Positions 60,457 through 64,000 of a stretch of DNA of 64,000 bases are shown one piece after another. The notes beneath the pieces were generated by a model. It did no database searches and was not told where the DNA came from. It was given only the letters and a program-made list of their open reading frames with translations. The position numbers and the translations under genes are program-made. The first letter of the stretch is position 1. Each line of letters begins with the position of its first letter. This DNA is from Thermoplasmatota archaeon (GTDB taxonomy: Archaea; Thermoplasmatota; E2; DHVEG-1). The stretch is from the NCBI GenBank assembly GCA_046496795.1, contig JAWOGM010000054.1, forward strand, positions 558 to 64,557, written 5' to 3'.

Positions 60457-61332
60457 CTATAACTCAAATTTTTTAATAATAAAAAAAGCAACGATAAGAA
60501 ATACAGCGTAACCAGATCCAAACGTCATATGCGGATTAACTTCAATTTCTACATCAATTGCGTTGCTAGTAAATAAATTTGAATTAATATCTGTTTTGTA
60601 ATCTGCAGTCGGGCTATGCAAACCAACTGTATTTTCAATAAACTGGTTATCCTCAAGAGAGTTATCATATGAATCACGAATATTCACACCAGAAAAAGAA
60701 TTATTTCTGAAAACATTTCCAATTATCAAATTCTTATCTGAAAATTCATACAATCCAAACCCATTAAAAGAATGATTCTTTACTATATTAAAAGAAAGGA
60801 TATTATTTGACGCTCTGCTAAAATATACACCACATTGAAAATTGTTCCAAATATGATTATCCGAAATTAGATTACCCGATGTTAATTCAAGACGAATGCC
60901 ATAATAATTCTGATAAATATTGTTTCCAATTATCGTGTTATCATTTGAATTAACTGTAATTCCTGCTAAGGGAAAAGTCATTCCACTGTTTATTATAGTA
61001 AAACCAGAAACCATACAATTATCTGATTGAAGAAGTACAACATTCTTATGACCACCACCATTAATAATTGTTGTTTCTTTATCCTCCCCCATAAGAAGAA
61101 CAGATATATTCACTATTATATTTTCATAATAAGTGCCTGCGTAAACATAAATAACATCCCCTTTGAAGGCATTGTTTAATGCATCCTGAATAGAGCTATA
61201 ATTACCATCACCACTGCCGCCTACAAACAGCGTTGTATTTGCAGATGCAAAACCAAGTATAGACATGCTGCAAACACAAAACATAATAAATACCATTAGA
61301 ATAATAATCCTATAATAAATCGTTTTTTTCAT
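60457..61332 (-). CDS. Secreted NosD-like parallel beta-helix protein with C-terminal TM
   Basis: VGGSGDGNYSSIQDA, GTYYENI, GI.L...S.N.I..N repeats. Confidence 0.85.
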   Translation of the reverse strand: MKKTIYYRIIILMVFIMFCVCSMSILGFASANTTLFVGGSGDGNYSSIQDALNNAFKGDVIYVYAGTYYENIIVNISVLLMGEDKETTIINGGGHKNVVLLQSDNCMVSGFTIINSGMTFPLAGITVNSNDNTIIGNNIYQNYYGIRLELTSGNLISDNHIWNNFQCGVYFSRASNNILSFNIVKNHSFNGFGLYEFSDKNLIIGNVFRNNSFSGVNIRDSYDNSLEDNQFIENTVGLHSPTADYKTDINSNLFTSNAIDVEIEVNPHMTFGSGYAVFLIVAFFIIKKFEL

Positions 61333-61441
61333 CTCAAAACAATAGTGATATCATTTAATTTATCTAATAAGTTTTTTGCAAAACAGAAGATATTTATTAC
61401 AAAATTGTAATTAAGAAAAAAAGCAATATGGTGATATAATT

Positions 61442-61777
61442 ATGAAAACAACAATTATTCTACATAGTGAATCGCTTGGTAAAGGTGATGAAAAACTTGG
61501 AAAAATATTAATGGCATCGTTTCTCAGAAAGCTTTGGGGTTTACAGAAAAAACCGGACGTTATGATCTTTTATAACTCAGCAGTAAATCTACTTACCGAT
61601 ACTTCCTCGGTTTTAGATGCATTAGATGCTTTGTCAAAAGATGGAGTTGATCTTATTGGATGTAAAACATGTATTGGATTTTATAACATTGAACAAAAAC
61701 TTTCAATAGGGCGTATGGTTGATATGCAAGAAATCGTTTCATTACTAATGAAATCAGATCGTGTTATAACTCCTTAG
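61442..61777 (+). CDS. DsrE/YedF-like sulfur/selenium relay protein
   Basis: LGKGDEKLGKILM, FYNSAV, GCKTC. Confidence 0.8.
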   Translation: MKTTIILHSESLGKGDEKLGKILMASFLRKLWGLQKKPDVMIFYNSAVNLLTDTSSVLDALDALSKDGVDLIGCKTCIGFYNIEQKLSIGRMVDMQEIVSLLMKSDRVITP

Positions 61778-63657
61778 AAAAACTTCCAAAGCCTTATTTC
61801 ATTGCTCATACTCTCTGTAGAGTCATAATAGGCAACTATCTTTATAGTCTGTCTAAAAAACGAAGGAACATCCCAAGACCATATATAAGGAGCTTCTGTT
61901 TCTATGTGCTGTAATTTATTATTCTGATAAAACTCGACTTTTTCAACTGTTTGCACATTACCTCTGATTTGTGCTTCCACATCGATATTTCCAATTATCA
62001 GGGTAAATGGAAACCAACCAATCGTATCACCACGAACATACCCATGATTCTCTAAAGGATTGGAAATTACAATTCCGGGACTTGCATACTGCTCACCAGA
62101 GGTCTGAAAATCTATACCGTCTCCCTCTAGACCCAAGTAGCGTTGCGAGGAAAAGATATCCACACTTGCATCCCAATGCTCATGAACACCAAGACTTTCA
62201 GAGAGAAAAACACCATTATTCTCAGGATCATACACGTTTAATTGTGGCTCAGCTGCCTGATGGAGATAATTTTGAGAACCCTCGCTAGGATTTGTTCCTT
62301 CAGCATATAAAAAATCATACATCACTGAGTCAAGAGCAACAGGATCCTGCGAAATAAATAAACTATTTGTCCAATCATCATTAAACGGATACATCAAAAA
62401 CCGTGCAATAGTTTTATGATCAATCTTTGTGCCATAGAGCGCATCACCAATATACAAAAGTGTTTTTCCTCCGAGATGTTCATGCGCCAGGAGATCAACC
62501 TGAGGCGCAGGATTACCCATAATCAAGCCTGACTCATGATAGGGATGTAGATCAGCAACTCTTTCCATAAAAGAGCCGAAATGATTCTTCCCTGAAAATG
62601 TTACACCCATGCTTATAGGATGACGCTTTAATAAGGGAATGTTAATGAAATATTTTGCCTCCACAACACATGTTGGAAGAGTACGAATTAAACCATCGGC
62701 AAAATGTATCTTCTCATTACTTGCAGTTGCTTTTTCTCTTCGCGAGGCACCACCTGTTGAATCAACAAAGTTAACATCAGGGAATTCATCAACAAGTGGA
62801 AACGAAGGATATGTTTCATATCGAATGCGGTTATAAAACCAATTTGGTATAGGCCGAGATGCATCAAAAAGTGTGATATCTTCTTGCGATACTCCAACGA
62901 CATAAACAAGTTGACGTAATAATGCTTTAACTAAATGTGGACTTGCATCTCTATCATTAGTTCTTCTTATATATGGATTGCCAAAAAGAACGTAGGCATT
63001 ATTCATATTCAATTTAATAACTATCTTTTCCCCAGGTTCATATCCAGCCTCACCAAACCCCTTTTCGACATTAAAATAGGTAAAGATTACATCCCACGCC
63101 TCAGCATCATCTGTGACGCCAGCATATTGCCTAATACCATCAGAAAGCATCTGATCAATAACTGTTTGGTTGTTGTTATGTGATTGCCACCAGAATCCTT
63201 GTAAATTTCTCTGAGTAGCATGAGGATTCCAAGCCCATACAACCCGCCCAGGTGATGCACCAGTTGGTATTCCTATCGGTTGAATTGAGATAGGATCCCA
63301 AGAGCTAAGACTGGTTTGATTTGATTGGAAAGGAAATGTAGCAAAAACTACGCCAGAAATCGTAAATAAAATAATAAAAACTGTAAATAAAGCAGGTACA
63401 GTTTTAGCCCATTTTGTTTTCACGTTTCTTATCCAGACAAAAAGACCAGAAAAAAGAACCCCCCAAAACGCAATATAGCCTATTGCAACAGATATAGCAA
63501 CCTGCTGACAGGGATATCGAGCGCGTGTAGGATTAGGAATAACTCGTACAAGAAACCAAATAATTGCAATCAATCCAGCAAGGTGAAACCATAAGCCTCT
63601 CCAGTTCTTCATTCTCTGCCATAGCGATATCTTTTCATCGCAATGATGTATCTTCAT
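61774..63657 (-). CDS. Membrane-anchored DUF362 protein with C-terminal Ig-like domain
   Basis: RVIPNPTRARYPCQ, PGRVVW, INIPLLKRH, KNHFG, DPVALDSV, GVHEHW. Confidence 0.8.
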   Translation of the reverse strand: MKIHHCDEKISLWQRMKNWRGLWFHLAGLIAIIWFLVRVIPNPTRARYPCQQVAISVAIGYIAFWGVLFSGLFVWIRNVKTKWAKTVPALFTVFIILFTISGVVFATFPFQSNQTSLSSWDPISIQPIGIPTGASPGRVVWAWNPHATQRNLQGFWWQSHNNNQTVIDQMLSDGIRQYAGVTDDAEAWDVIFTYFNVEKGFGEAGYEPGEKIVIKLNMNNAYVLFGNPYIRRTNDRDASPHLVKALLRQLVYVVGVSQEDITLFDASRPIPNWFYNRIRYETYPSFPLVDEFPDVNFVDSTGGASRREKATASNEKIHFADGLIRTLPTCVVEAKYFINIPLLKRHPISMGVTFSGKNHFGSFMERVADLHPYHESGLIMGNPAPQVDLLAHEHLGGKTLLYIGDALYGTKIDHKTIARFLMYPFNDDWTNSLFISQDPVALDSVMYDFLYAEGTNPSEGSQNYLHQAAEPQLNVYDPENNGVFLSESLGVHEHWDASVDIFSSQRYLGLEGDGIDFQTSGEQYASPGIVISNPLENHGYVRGDTIGWFPFTLIIGNIDVEAQIRGNVQTVEKVEFYQNNKLQHIETEAPYIWSWDVPSFFRQTIKIVAYYDSTESMSNEIRLWKFF

Positions 63658-63765
63658 TATTATCCCCTATATAGACAACAAGTTTTTAGCTATAAAAAGA
63701 TTACTGCCTTTTATTATCACCGGATTATTTACAAAATTTAAAAAAACATATCAACAAAACCTTTT

Positions 63766-64000
63766 TTATATGAAAAACTTTGTTATTCCAATCGTGTTAA
63801 CAAACCTAAATGCCATATCAAGAGTGATATCAGTTGTCGTCAATAATTGAAAAATTTTTTTCACTCGCAATCCTTTTTGATAACCTGGACCAAACATCGC
63901 TTTGATTTTTTTTTCATAATTAATTAATTTTTCGTTATATGAAAAATAGCGCTGTATTGCAATGCCACATTCTCTTGCACCAACCATAGCAGAATCAATA
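63766..64000 (-). CDS. C-terminal fragment, possibly a geranylgeranyl-reductase-family flavoprotein
   Basis: Frame is open to the window edge (IDSAMVGARECG...Y...YEK). Confidence 0.4.
   Translation of the reverse strand, partial: IDSAMVGARECGIAIQRYFSYNEKLINYEKKIKAMFGPGYQKGLRVKKIFQLLTTTDITLDMAFRFVNTIGITKFFI

Noticed and set aside
56521..61777. Selenocysteine recoding in ArsS or the YedF-like protein
   Set aside because: The relevant positions are Cys codons and there is no in-frame TGA.
1..64000. CRISPR array or cas genes
   Set aside because: No regularly spaced 25-40 bp repeats and no Cas motifs seen.
53500..64000. Defined island integrated at tRNA-Val
   Set aside because: No integrase and no repeat of the tRNA-Val 3' end found by eye in the window.

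Overview
AT-rich archaeal chromosomal segment. Archaeal markers are EF-1alpha-rps10-tRNA-Ser, a DGGGP-synthase-like gene, CCA-less tRNAs and GGAGG/AGGTGA ribosome-binding sites. Gingipain-like C25 peptidases and PKD/Ig secreted proteins suggest a peptide-fermenting sediment Thermoplasmatota such as MBG-D/DHVEG-1 (inference). The window holds about 63 CDS, 4 tRNAs and no CRISPR. Main observations: (1) a ~9.07 kb integrative element in the 3' end of tRNA-Arg(TCT), bounded by a 15-bp direct repeat. It carries only a tyrosine integrase whose C-terminus would be swapped on excision, a divergent RHH regulator with candidate operator repeats, a small nuclease-fold gene, an Ig-domain gene and a ~2085-aa secreted C25 protease with a circularly permuted jelly-roll insert. 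(2) Three genes appear to start at ATT/ATA codons behind normally spaced RBSs. (3) A candidate hairpin sRNA with an anti-Shine-Dalgarno-like loop. (4) A shared C-terminal 'FP..L..LL' tail on secreted proteins. (5) A volactin-like actin next to a CdpA-like membrane protein and an RHH-coiled-coil protein. (6) An arsS-centred arsenosugar-type operon. All family calls are from motif recognition by eye; no searches were run.
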